The notes beneath the pieces are model-generated. The model did not search any database, was not told where the DNA came from, and was given only the letters and a program-made list of their open reading frames with translations. Shown here piece after piece: positions 29,108 to 40,096 of a stretch of 64,000 nucleotides of DNA. Position 1 is the stretch's first letter, and each line of letters opens with the position of its first letter. Position numbers and translations under genes: made by a program. Source of the DNA: Planctomycetaceae bacterium (GTDB lineage: Bacteria; Planctomycetota; Planctomycetia; Planctomycetales; Planctomycetaceae); assembly GCA_020638955.1 (NCBI GenBank), contig JACKHO010000007.1, positions 246,745-310,744 of the forward strand, read 5' to 3'.

Positions 29108-30703
29108 GTAGGGTCCCGCTAACAGGCTGTGAATTTTTGTTTGGTGGTTTTGCAGAACGAATTAGACTCCCTCGGGTCGTGACTGAAGATTGGTGTTTCG
29201 GTTTGGGAGTCGTTATGGAACAGACTGCGAAGGATCCTGCCGTTCGGTATCAGCGAGCCGAACGGCGGCAAATCGAGTGGCGACCGTTGTCGTTGGATCA
29301 ACTTCTGCCGGAGGATCACACGGCCCGGTTGATTTGGGCGTATGTGGAAGCGCTTGATTTGAAAGAGTTGTATAAAAAGATTCAGGCCCATGAGCATGGT
29401 CCTGGTCGAAATCCGATTGATCCGAAGATTCTGCTGGCATTGTGGCTGCTGGCCACAATTGATGGATTCAGTTCGGCACGGCGTCTGGACAAGCTGTGCA
29501 AGGAGCATTTGGGGTATTTGTGGCTGTGCGGTGGTGTCACGGTCAATTACCACACGTTGGCAGACTTTCGCGTGGAACACGTCGAGGTTCTGGATGGACT
29601 GCTGACGCAAAGCGTGGCGACGCTCTTGCATCAGGGGTTGGTCGAACTCACACGTGTGGCTCAGGATGGCATGCGGGTACGAGCTTCGGCGGGGAGTGCG
29701 TCGTTTCGACGTCACGCAACATTGCAGGAATGCCTGAAGGAAGCCCAAGAGCACCTGGAAGAACTTCAACGCGAAGCTGAGTCGGGAAGCGAAGACCGCC
29801 GTGTGCGTGCTGCAAGAGAGCGTGCTGCACGCGACCGCAAGGAACGTATCGAAGCAGCACTGGCCGAACGGGAGTCGCTGGTTCCCAAGATGGAGCGACG
29901 TAAGAAAGGGTCTGGCGAAAACGCTCGTGCTTCGATGACTGATGCACAAGCCCGCAAGATGAAGATGGGCGATGGAGGTTTTCGTCCCGCTTACAATGTG
30001 CAATTTGCGACCGCAACCGATTCGCTGGTGATCGTCGGGGTGGACGTGGTCAACGCAGGAACCGATGGCGGCCAGATGAAACCGATGGCCGATCAAATAC
30101 AAAAGCGATACGGCAAACGTCCCGACGAGTATCTGGCAGATGGGGGCTTTGTCAATCTCGAAGACATCACCGTTCTGGAACGAGCTGGTATGACGACGTA
30201 TCTCCCAATCATGGAACAGGAGCAGAAACGGGCCAAAGGAATTGACCCATTCGCCCCCATCAAAGGAGACAGTGAGGAGGTCAAGAACTGGCGGTCTCGC
30301 ATGGGGACCGAAGTCGCCCAAACGATCTACAAACAGCGCACAGCAACCGCGGAGTTTCCCAATGCCGGTTGTCGCAACCGTGGCTTAAATCAATTTCGAG
30401 TGCGAGGTCTGTTCAAAGCCAAAGCCGTGAGCCTGCTTCACGCCCTGGCCCACAACTTTCAACGGATGTTGGCACTCTCCTCGCCGGCATAATCGAGGAT
30501 CACCTGGCCAAACACAACTTTCGTAGCCCTGAACGTCTCAACTGGACCGGCTGGCACCGCCTGCCTGAAACATCCAGCAAAGAAAAACTCGGCCAAAACT
30601 CACAACTAGACACGACTCACCCCGGTCACTCAAAAAATGACCCGCCGGTATCGAAAAGAATTCCCTCCACGACATAAATTCACAGCCTGACAGCGGACCC
30701 TAC
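29108..30703 (+). mobile_element. IS1182/IS5-like insertion sequence (about 1.6 kb).
   Basis: Imperfect terminal inverted repeats: GTAGGGTCCCGCTAACAGGCTGTGAATTT at 29108-29136, and the reverse complement of 30675-30703 is GTAGGGTCCGCTGTCAGGCTGTGAATTT. Single transposase ORF with the DUF772-type N-terminus. Confidence 0.75.
29215..30492 (+). CDS. IS1182/IS5-family DDE transposase.
   Basis: N-terminal LSLDQLLPEDHTARLIWAYVEALDL (transposase InsH N-terminal-like), a central coiled-coil, and a C-terminal DDE region with PAYNVQ ... DGGF. Confidence 0.8.
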   Translation: MEQTAKDPAVRYQRAERRQIEWRPLSLDQLLPEDHTARLIWAYVEALDLKELYKKIQAHEHGPGRNPIDPKILLALWLLATIDGFSSARRLDKLCKEHLGYLWLCGGVTVNYHTLADFRVEHVEVLDGLLTQSVATLLHQGLVELTRVAQDGMRVRASAGSASFRRHATLQECLKEAQEHLEELQREAESGSEDRRVRAARERAARDRKERIEAALAERESLVPKMERRKKGSGENARASMTDAQARKMKMGDGGFRPAYNVQFATATDSLVIVGVDVVNAGTDGGQMKPMADQIQKRYGKRPDEYLADGGFVNLEDITVLERAGMTTYLPIMEQEQKRAKGIDPFAPIKGDSEEVKNWRSRMGTEVAQTIYKQRTATAEFPNAGCRNRGLNQFRVRGLFKAKAVSLLHALAHNFQRMLALSSPA

Positions 30704-30943
30704 CCAGCTTCTGGGGTGGGCTCAATCAACAGAGTGCCCAGCTGGTGAGGGCAATTTTGTATGGGGAAGGCGCTCCACCGGAACGATCATGATCGAACAG
30801 GCAGAGGGTATGTTCAACCGTCCATTGTGGACAGGGGCCGCTACACTTGTATTCATCGACACATGACTTCAGGGCGACCACTGCTGGCGAGCCAGCAGTG
30901 GCACCCTTCGAAGCATCGCCACTTGTCAATCGTAGCCGGACTC

Positions 30944-33058
30944 CTAAGGCGTCGCCTTACCTTTGCCACCGACGTCAGCCGAGCCTTCAAGTCCCAGTGC
31001 TGCGACTTTCTTATCCATTAGCCCAGCCGATTTCAGGTACTTCTGAATCCGTTTGAGTGTGGTGGTGGTAGTGTCGTCGTCCGATTCCATGAGCAGTTTG
31101 CCGATGAGGGCGGCGACGGAGAGGTCTTTGACATCTTCAAAGCTGAGGTTGAATTGTCCCATGAACTGCTGGAGTGACTGCGAGAAGTCGGCACCGTCTC
31201 CACCGCCGAAGAATGTGTTCTTCACATCGGTGATGACGCGGGAGTTGTCGACCCAGCGGTCGACCGACTTGCCAGCCTGGATCGAGTCGACAATGGTTTC
31301 AAAGAACTTGGTCTCGCCACCGACAATGTCGATGCGGGCGTTGCCCAGTGCGGCGCCGACCACTTCGGCCTGCTCGCGGGCAATTTCCTGTTGCGCGGCA
31401 ATGGCAGCCAGTTCGATGTCCTTGTCCTTGGTAAGACGCAGTTTGAATTCTTCGTGCTCGCGTCCGACACCGTCGAAGAGCTTCATGGCGTTGGCCTTCT
31501 CTTCGATACCCTGAGCTTCGGCGTGGAACTTCTGCTGCAGCACAGAGGCTTCGGCCAAACCTTCCTTCTCGATGGCTTCGGCATGGGCTTTCTGACCTTC
31601 GGCCTGAGCGAACGCCTTCTTCTGAATGACGTTGGCTTCGGCGGTCCCTTCTTTCTCGACAGCAACCGCTTTCGCTTCCTGCACCTGAGCTTGAGCCAGA
31701 CCATCTGCGGCGGCTTCCGCCTGACGTGCTTCGGCCAGCATTTTCTTGGCAGCGGTTTCTCGTTCGGCAGCGGCACGACGTGCATCGGCCTCGATGAGCA
31801 CCTGCTCGGCTTCGAACTCTGCTGACTTCTTGCGAGCTTCTGCCGCTTTGATTTCTTTGACCAAAGCCTCTTCCGCGTCTTTCTCGGCGGCGGTCACGGC
31901 GACGCGCTTGCTACGGTCGGCAGTGGCGAATTCTTCGGTGTCTTTGATTTTCTGTTGTTCTTCGACGACGGTCCGTTCGACGGTCACACGTTCCCGAATG
32001 ACGTCCTGAATGTTCCGCTTTTCGACTTCAATGGCCTTCTCTTTTTCAATTTCAGCCAGGCCGACAATGCGTTCACGTTCGGTGACTTCCAGCATGCGGT
32101 CTTTTTCGACCCGTTCCTTCTCGACGGCATCGGTCCGTTCCTTGTTCCGCTGAGCGACGATGACCTGCCGCAGTTTATTCTGTTCTGCAACCTGCAGTTC
32201 TTCTTCCGTGACAATGCGAGCCCGCTCTGATTTCAGGCGCTCTTCTTCCTGCACCTTGGCTGCTTCCGCATTCTGGCGGGCAGTGATTTCCGCGATTTCC
32301 CGCTTCTGCTTTTCGACAGCATCAACGCGCTGCTTCTCCAACTCCAGAATGGTTTCCTGCGCCTCGACGTCCTGCTTCTTGATGATCTTTTCCTTCTCAC
32401 GTTCAATTTCGTTCGCCAGCACATGCTCGCGCGACGTGAGTTCGGTAATCTTCTTGATCCCTTCCGCATCCAGGATGTTCATCTTGTTGAGCAGCTCAAT
32501 GGGAGTTTGCTCCAGGTAATCGATCGCACAGTCGTCGAGGACATAGCCGTTCAGGTCAGTCCCAATGACCTTCAGGATTTCTTCTTTGAATCGATCGCGC
32601 TCGTTGTAGAGTTCGACGAAATCAAACTGCTTACCAACTGTCTTCAGCGCTTCTGAGAACTTGGCATCGAACAGTTCGATGAGGGCGTCTCGCGTGCTGG
32701 CGCGCTTACATCCGAGGGACTGAGCAACGTTGAGAATGTCGTCTTTCGTGTTATTCACACGGACGAAGAATGCCACTTCGATATCGGCTCGAATGTTGTC
32801 CTGGCAGATCAGGCCCGCCTCGCCGCGCCGCTGGATTTCGATGCGCTTTACCGACAGGTCCATGAGTTCTGGACGATGCATGACCGGAATGACAATCATG
32901 CCGCGACCGGTGGCGACCTGCAGTCCACCAATACCGGTGACTACCAAGGCCTCTTCCGGACCGACTTTGCGGTAGAACTGGTTCAGGACAAACAGGAATC
33001 CCCCAACCGCCAGAACAATTCCACCAATGATGGAAACAACCGTAATGAACGCGGCCAT
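30944..33058 (-). CDS. Flotillin-like SPFH/band-7 protein (YqiK-like) with a very long Glu/Lys/Ala coiled-coil.
   Basis: N-terminal TM helix, SPFH domain (RKVGPEEALVVTG...), then several hundred residues of E/K/A/R-rich heptads. Confidence 0.85.
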   Translation of the reverse strand: MAAFITVVSIIGGIVLAVGGFLFVLNQFYRKVGPEEALVVTGIGGLQVATGRGMIVIPVMHRPELMDLSVKRIEIQRRGEAGLICQDNIRADIEVAFFVRVNNTKDDILNVAQSLGCKRASTRDALIELFDAKFSEALKTVGKQFDFVELYNERDRFKEEILKVIGTDLNGYVLDDCAIDYLEQTPIELLNKMNILDAEGIKKITELTSREHVLANEIEREKEKIIKKQDVEAQETILELEKQRVDAVEKQKREIAEITARQNAEAAKVQEEERLKSERARIVTEEELQVAEQNKLRQVIVAQRNKERTDAVEKERVEKDRMLEVTERERIVGLAEIEKEKAIEVEKRNIQDVIRERVTVERTVVEEQQKIKDTEEFATADRSKRVAVTAAEKDAEEALVKEIKAAEARKKSAEFEAEQVLIEADARRAAAERETAAKKMLAEARQAEAAADGLAQAQVQEAKAVAVEKEGTAEANVIQKKAFAQAEGQKAHAEAIEKEGLAEASVLQQKFHAEAQGIEEKANAMKLFDGVGREHEEFKLRLTKDKDIELAAIAAQQEIAREQAEVVGAALGNARIDIVGGETKFFETIVDSIQAGKSVDRWVDNSRVITDVKNTFFGGGDGADFSQSLQQFMGQFNLSFEDVKDLSVAALIGKLLMESDDDTTTTTLKRIQKYLKSAGLMDKKVAALGLEGSADVGGKGKATP

Positions 33059-33064
33059 GTGTGC

Positions 33065-33727
33065 TTATCCTTCCAGATGTGAGTCGACTTCTATGTCGCT
33101 CAGACCACTTACGTAAAACATTCTCTTGTCAGGTGTGTGCCCCACAATGCGGGCGGTGGTTCCCTTCTTCAGGGCGTCCCCTTCCGTTCGCACGTGCAGT
33201 TTCAGCGGGGCTCCTTCTCCGTTGGAGAATTCGGCCTGACCGAAATCTGCTGTGACTTCACTCGATGTAATTAACACTTCCCTGCCAATCATTTCCTCGG
33301 CAGGATTCGGTTCTTTATGTTTGAACTGCCCTTTGATGGGCTGTGTCAAAAACTTGGCGGCAAATACCCCGACCGCAACGGTACGCAGTATCGCCAGGGC
33401 ATACGCCCCATTTGTTCCGCCTTCAATGGCGAGGTCCCGGTCGACGAACATCGCCAGTCCCCACGCGGAAATCGTGAAGGCACTGGCCCATGCCATGAGC
33501 GGCACGTCGCCGAGATTAAACCACTTCAGGCTGACCAGTCCCCAGTCCACGACCGACGTTTCCACATCAGGGATGTCTGCATCGACGTCGAAATCCAGGT
33601 CGAGGTCCAATCCATCAATATCCAGGGCGCCGAAGATGACAATGACCCAGTACACCACACAGAGCATGCCCAGTACCGTAAACGGCACAACCGGCATACT
33701 CGTGCAAATCTGGAGAAACTCGTTCAT
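33065..33727 (-). CDS. NfeD/YqiJ-like membrane protein, partner of the flotillin.
   Basis: MNEFLQICTSMPVVPFTVLGMLCVVYWVIVIFG... with an acidic DIDGLDLDLDFDVDAD stretch and a C-terminal OB-fold-like region. Sits immediately upstream of the flotillin gene, as in the yqiJ-yqiK arrangement. Confidence 0.7.
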   Translation of the reverse strand: MNEFLQICTSMPVVPFTVLGMLCVVYWVIVIFGALDIDGLDLDLDFDVDADIPDVETSVVDWGLVSLKWFNLGDVPLMAWASAFTISAWGLAMFVDRDLAIEGGTNGAYALAILRTVAVGVFAAKFLTQPIKGQFKHKEPNPAEEMIGREVLITSSEVTADFGQAEFSNGEGAPLKLHVRTEGDALKKGTTARIVGHTPDKRMFYVSGLSDIEVDSHLEG

Positions 33728-34035
33728 CGTTCGTCGTAACCTGAACTGTGTTGTCAGTATGCAACACGGGTGGACTCGTTTCAGACGGAAACGCATAAGT
33801 GGGAGGCGAGGATCAAAGAAAACGCCCGGAATTCTGCCGGTTTTTCGGTTAGACCGATTGGGCTGGCAGTGAAGCCGCAAGCTGGACGCTGATTTCAAGG
33901 ATGACACGCGGGCGAGTGATGCTTGCTTCCCGGTCAGGTTTGGTGAATTCTGGATGTGCCCCTTAGCAAGCAACGATTGTTTCCCTACAGTGCCTCCCTG
34001 ACCAGATTCTCAAATCAACACCAATCAAACAGATC

Positions 34036-35713
<1,678 letters not shown>

Positions 35714-35820
35714 TCTCGTCAGGGTCTCGCATTCCAGTTCGGTGAATATCCTGTCAACCCCCCGTATGGTCGTGCGTGCTTTGTGCACCATGCCCGCCAG
35801 GGGGCCTGACCTGCGGTTGC

Positions 35821-36360
35821 TTAGCCATCCGAAAGCAGACGTGAAAGTGCCGCGACCGTATTGTAGTTTCGGGCAGTCGCCGATACGCCCAGTTTCTTCT
35901 CCGCCGCAGTAGCCAACTTGGACCTGCCAATACCCTCAGGGGCATGGAGGTAGAACACATCATCAATGAGACGATACTCCTCCGCCCCCGTAGCCAACTT
36001 TGAAATCGCGTCAAGGTCGGGATTACTGGGCGTCGAGTCGAGAAAGAAGAAGTGAAGAGTTTTGGGGGCTGTCACTGCTTCGACGAAGGGGTTGTTCTCA
36101 ATTGCAGAACGAAACTGAGTTGGCGAGAGCAATAAGCAGCTTGGACGGAATCCGAACGAATCTTCAATTGCAACCATGATTCTGCGACCGAGGGTTGCCC
36201 TGGATTTGACGCGCGACCCAAACACGAAATTGCCACTCTGGATATATGTTTGAACGTCGGTGCAGCCAATCGATTCCAGCCGCTCAGTCAGTTGGGCCAT
36301 CGGCATTTTGTTCCTGCCGCCGACGTTCACTCCACGCAGAAGTCCAATCCATTGAGGCAT
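35821..36360 (-). CDS. DUF1697-family protein.
   Basis: MPQWIGLLRGVNVGGRNKMPMAQL... matches the conserved N-terminus of DUF1697 (from memory). Confidence 0.65.
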   Translation of the reverse strand: MPQWIGLLRGVNVGGRNKMPMAQLTERLESIGCTDVQTYIQSGNFVFGSRVKSRATLGRRIMVAIEDSFGFRPSCLLLSPTQFRSAIENNPFVEAVTAPKTLHFFFLDSTPSNPDLDAISKLATGAEEYRLIDDVFYLHAPEGIGRSKLATAAEKKLGVSATARNYNTVAALSRLLSDG

Positions 36361-36568
36361 TGCTTCTTACTCACCCGCATAATGTTCGCTGATTTGGAGC
36401 AACTCTTCTGCAACAGGCCTAATCATAATGGCATGATCGATGTTGCCCCAAGTCTGTGTAAGTCCGACGGTTCGCTGGAGGCAAATGGCTGAATTGGACC
36501 CCAGCAACTCACTTGGCGTGATCAACAGTTTGCCCCCAGTAAGTTGAGTTTATACCTCTCCCTGTGGG

Positions 36569-36694
36569 CAATCTGGCGGTCAAGCCGAACACAAAGGTAA
36601 CGCAAATCCCGCCAGATTGACCATAGTTCGGTAGGTCAGGCTGAGCCTGACGCACTTGTCGCACATCAGTCGAAGTCAGGCACAGCCTGACCTA
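36569..36694. repeat. Compound inverted-repeat element of two adjacent hairpins.
   Basis: Hairpin 1: CAATCTGGCGG (36569-36579) pairs with CCGCCAGATTG (36609-36619). Hairpin 2: GTAGGTCAGGCTGAGCCTGAC (36631-36651) pairs with GTCAGGCACAGCCTGACCTAC (36674-36694), with one or two mismatches. Each arm also contains the palindrome CAGGCTGAGCCTG. Confidence 0.5.
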
Positions 36695-37316
36695 CGGTTA
36701 CTGTCCCAATTAATGTAATCGGCTCATCCGCAGTCGCCGTGTCCGTTGCAACGCTCCCACAAAGCAAGACGAATAACAATGCCATGACTGGATCAAGACG
36801 TCGCATTTCTGTTCTCCGGTTCGAGTGAGTTGGGCGTCTACGGAAATAGACGTAACAAGGCGTGATTTCTTAGCCGGAATCCGTGACTTTTCGCGGATGG
36901 CGGCCAAGGAAACCGGGCGGCGAGGTTACGCGCTGATTTCAGCTATTCCCGGCAGGGAGGACCCTGCCCTACATTGACTGTTTGAGTGTCGTCAGAATGG
37001 CCGAGCTGGAATACTCGGCAGTCGTCGGCCAAAACAGCAAATGGACGAGCTCCGGCAAAGTGACACAACTTCACAAATGCAAATTGTGAGTCTTACGTGC
37101 CAGATCGATGGCTTCAATCATCTAGGCTCTGGACTTGTCTTTGCGCAGAAACGGTTACCGCCGAAAACAGGAGAACGTCAAGAAATGCGCGTGCCCTACT
37201 TCGTTCCAACGTCGACATGTCTTTCGATGTGGTGGCATTGAGCTTCCCCGCGATTTGATGCCGCATGGTGGCTCCAGCATGCACAAACCCGAACGAACAT
37301 GCCACCCGCCAGGTTG

Positions 37317-38027
37317 TCAATCAGCCAATGGTACTCGTCTAAGCACGCCAGCCGAATTGTCAAGCCGGAGTTTACTTATGATGACGTCAGTGGTTTTCTC
37401 TCTCAATACATCCTGAATCGCCATTTGCGTGTGTTCATCGGCAGTCAACCCCAAGATTACCTCGCGAAGGCAAGGGTTTGGCATGGGCGTGCCGAGATTT
37501 AGTGATTTGCCCCGAGATGGGGAGTCGAGCGGGGAATGGTAACGATAGAGTAGTCGCCATTCCTTTTCATATTCCCATACATTTGTTTTGGTTCTGAGTG
37601 CGTCGCCAACATCGGAAAAACTTGTTGGCATTGGATTAACGTAGGTCACACGAACAAGACTTCCGATATCAGATGATGAACCGGTTGTATTGACACGATG
37701 CGCAACGAGTTCAGTCAACTTTTGCGCGTCGTAGCAAAGGCAAACCCCAGAGTATGTTGCATAGTGCGCCCACATGGCCGGATTGTCCCAAATCTCGGAG
37801 AAACACGCAGCCGCCCATCGCTGCTTAGCGACCACTCGGTAGTCGTAGCCGCCCGGCATTGGAATCTGACGTCGCACATCTTCGACAGGTACGGTTGCAA
37901 GACCGTCAAACGGATCGTTGAGAAACTCCGCGTTGGAACACCACAGCAAGCCACGAACCTCAGACAGCAAGTAGCCCAGCGATGATCCGGCAGAGCGATA
38001 ACGGTAGAGCCGGTCAGGAATCTGCAT
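37317..38027 (-). CDS. DUF2971-family protein.
   Basis: N-terminal LYRYRS ... FLNDPFDG resembles the DUF2971 signature (from memory). It is isolated between long AT-richer non-coding flanks. Confidence 0.6.
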   Translation of the reverse strand: MQIPDRLYRYRSAGSSLGYLLSEVRGLLWCSNAEFLNDPFDGLATVPVEDVRRQIPMPGGYDYRVVAKQRWAAACFSEIWDNPAMWAHYATYSGVCLCYDAQKLTELVAHRVNTTGSSSDIGSLVRVTYVNPMPTSFSDVGDALRTKTNVWEYEKEWRLLYRYHSPLDSPSRGKSLNLGTPMPNPCLREVILGLTADEHTQMAIQDVLREKTTDVIISKLRLDNSAGVLRRVPLAD

Positions 38028-38449
38028 TTCTTTATCGCAGAACTAATCGTTAGACAGAAATCTCTTCTGTGTAACGGGGAAAGGGTTTCTGTGTAACACT
38101 TCCCGTACGGTAATCGGTATTGGCGTTCTGGGCAAGGATTTTCTCGTCGTATGTACTCGTCAAACCTTCAGGTTTGCCACGTGGATTCTCAACGCAATGT
38201 GAGGCAGCGCCATCGGTTAGCAGTTCTACTGATTTGTCGCTGAACGAACCTACTGACGAAAGTCGGCAACTGCCTTCCGACTGAAGGCGTGTATGCACCG
38301 ACGGGACAAAGGCAGATGCACGGTCACATCACATCGTCTGGTAACTGTTGAGGTGACATTAGTTACGTTCAATCTGCCTTTCCCGGCACGATGCCAAGTT
38401 ACCGTTCACAGACAAGAATGTCTGTGCCACCGTCATTTTGTGATACTCA

Positions 38450-39814
38450 TTACACCTTCACGTGCAGCCACTTTTTGCTCCAGTAGCGGGTGGCGTTGAG
38501 GATCCAGCGGAAGCTGATGTCGATGGTCATGCCAATCCACACGCCGAAGAAGCCCATTCCCAGCACGAAGCCGAAAAAGTATCCCACCGGAATGCGAATG
38601 ACATAGGTGGTGATGATGGCAATGACAACGGGATACCGCGTGTCGCCCGCGCCGCGGAGGCAGTGCGCGTAGACAATGGCCAGCATGAGCGGGATTTGAA
38701 ACGCACCCAGCAACCGCAGAGCAGGAACGCCCAATTCGCGTACCGAGGTTTCGTTGTGCATGAGGGCGAATACGAGGTCGGACCGGACAACGAACAGCAG
38801 TGTGGTCAGCACTCCAAACAGGCCGCACTGCATGGCCGCTTCGTGGCCTGCTTCCCAGGCGCGGTCTGGTTTGTTTGCTCCAATGGACTGACCGACCAGC
38901 GTGGCCGCGGCCGATCCCCACGCAACGGCGGGCAGGTACGAAATCGCCTCGACTCGCACGCCAATGATGTGCGCGTTGTAGGCGGTCTCACCAAGTCGGC
39001 CAATCATGGAGAGAAAAATGACGTGTCCAATCCAGGTGAGAAGTCCTTCGCCAGCGGCGGGTGTACCGACCGAAAGAATGCGCCGCACCGTTTCGCCGCG
39101 CAAACGCCAATCGGAGAGTTTGAGGACCAGTCCCATTCTCTCGAATGACAAATACGCCAGCAGGAGTACGCCGCCGAGGATCCGGGATATGGTGGTGCCC
39201 ATGACAATGCCGTCAACGCCCCATGGTTCGAGAGGTCCCCACCCGTAGACCATCGCGGTCGACATAATGACGTTCAATACGTTGATAATTCCCAGGATAA
39301 CCATGGGGGTACGCATATCGCCGCAGCCGCGTAATGCGGCGGAGGCTACGAGCGTGACGCTGGCGAACATGAGTCCGATGGCATCGATTCTCAAATAGCG
39401 CACGGCAATGGGTAGGGAATCTCCCTCAACTCCCATGACTCGGGCGACGTGCGAAGCAAAGAACTGCATGAGCAACAGAAAGACAATCCCAATAATCCAG
39501 GAAAGGGCGATGGATCGATTGAGCACCTTGTTCGCATGTTCGCGATCACCCGCACCCCATGCCCGCGAAATCAGGGCTGTGGTACCAGTCCCCACGAGAG
39601 AGAACACAAGCGAGGCCAGCCAGCCGATGTACGCCGCAGCCCCAACTGCTGATACTCCCTGCAGGCTGGCATCATCAGGCAGGTTCCCCGCGAGATAGAC
39701 ATCAACCGTCCCCACCAGAAAGTTGAGAAACTGCTCACCCAGCACCGGGAGTGCCAGCAGAATGACCGTTCGCCGAATCGGAGCTGTCAGCAGCGGATTC
39801 GATTCGGGAGACAT
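38450..39814 (-). CDS. MATE-family multidrug efflux transporter (NorM-like).
   Basis: 12-TM profile. N-terminal PIRRTVILLALPVLGEQFLNFLVGTVDVYLAGNL is typical of MATE. Confidence 0.85.
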   Translation of the reverse strand: MSPESNPLLTAPIRRTVILLALPVLGEQFLNFLVGTVDVYLAGNLPDDASLQGVSAVGAAAYIGWLASLVFSLVGTGTTALISRAWGAGDREHANKVLNRSIALSWIIGIVFLLLMQFFASHVARVMGVEGDSLPIAVRYLRIDAIGLMFASVTLVASAALRGCGDMRTPMVILGIINVLNVIMSTAMVYGWGPLEPWGVDGIVMGTTISRILGGVLLLAYLSFERMGLVLKLSDWRLRGETVRRILSVGTPAAGEGLLTWIGHVIFLSMIGRLGETAYNAHIIGVRVEAISYLPAVAWGSAAATLVGQSIGANKPDRAWEAGHEAAMQCGLFGVLTTLLFVVRSDLVFALMHNETSVRELGVPALRLLGAFQIPLMLAIVYAHCLRGAGDTRYPVVIAIITTYVIRIPVGYFFGFVLGMGFFGVWIGMTIDISFRWILNATRYWSKKWLHVKV

Positions 39815-40096
39815 GGGATTTCACAGTTCGGAGCGCAGGCAGGGGCTGATTGGGACATCAAGGGGACACACTGTACGGCAAATTGTTCGGACGGGCCAAC
39901 GTGAGACTCGCTTGTCCGGGTGCTTCCGCTTCGCGGGGCGCACGCCGCCACCCTACGCCACCCTATTGGGCAGAAGCTACCACGCTATTGTGTCCTTGCC
40001 GTGCAAACGGAGGCTCTGTTCCGCTAGTATTCAAGTCGACAGGCGTGCAGCGTGAGCCGCCTGAGGTTGGTTAGCGTGGATGGAGAGTGAATCACC

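Noticed and set aside
30878-30901. Perfect 10-bp hairpin after the flotillin gene, considered as a terminator.
   Set aside because: There is no U-tract on the minus strand. I kept it only as a note.
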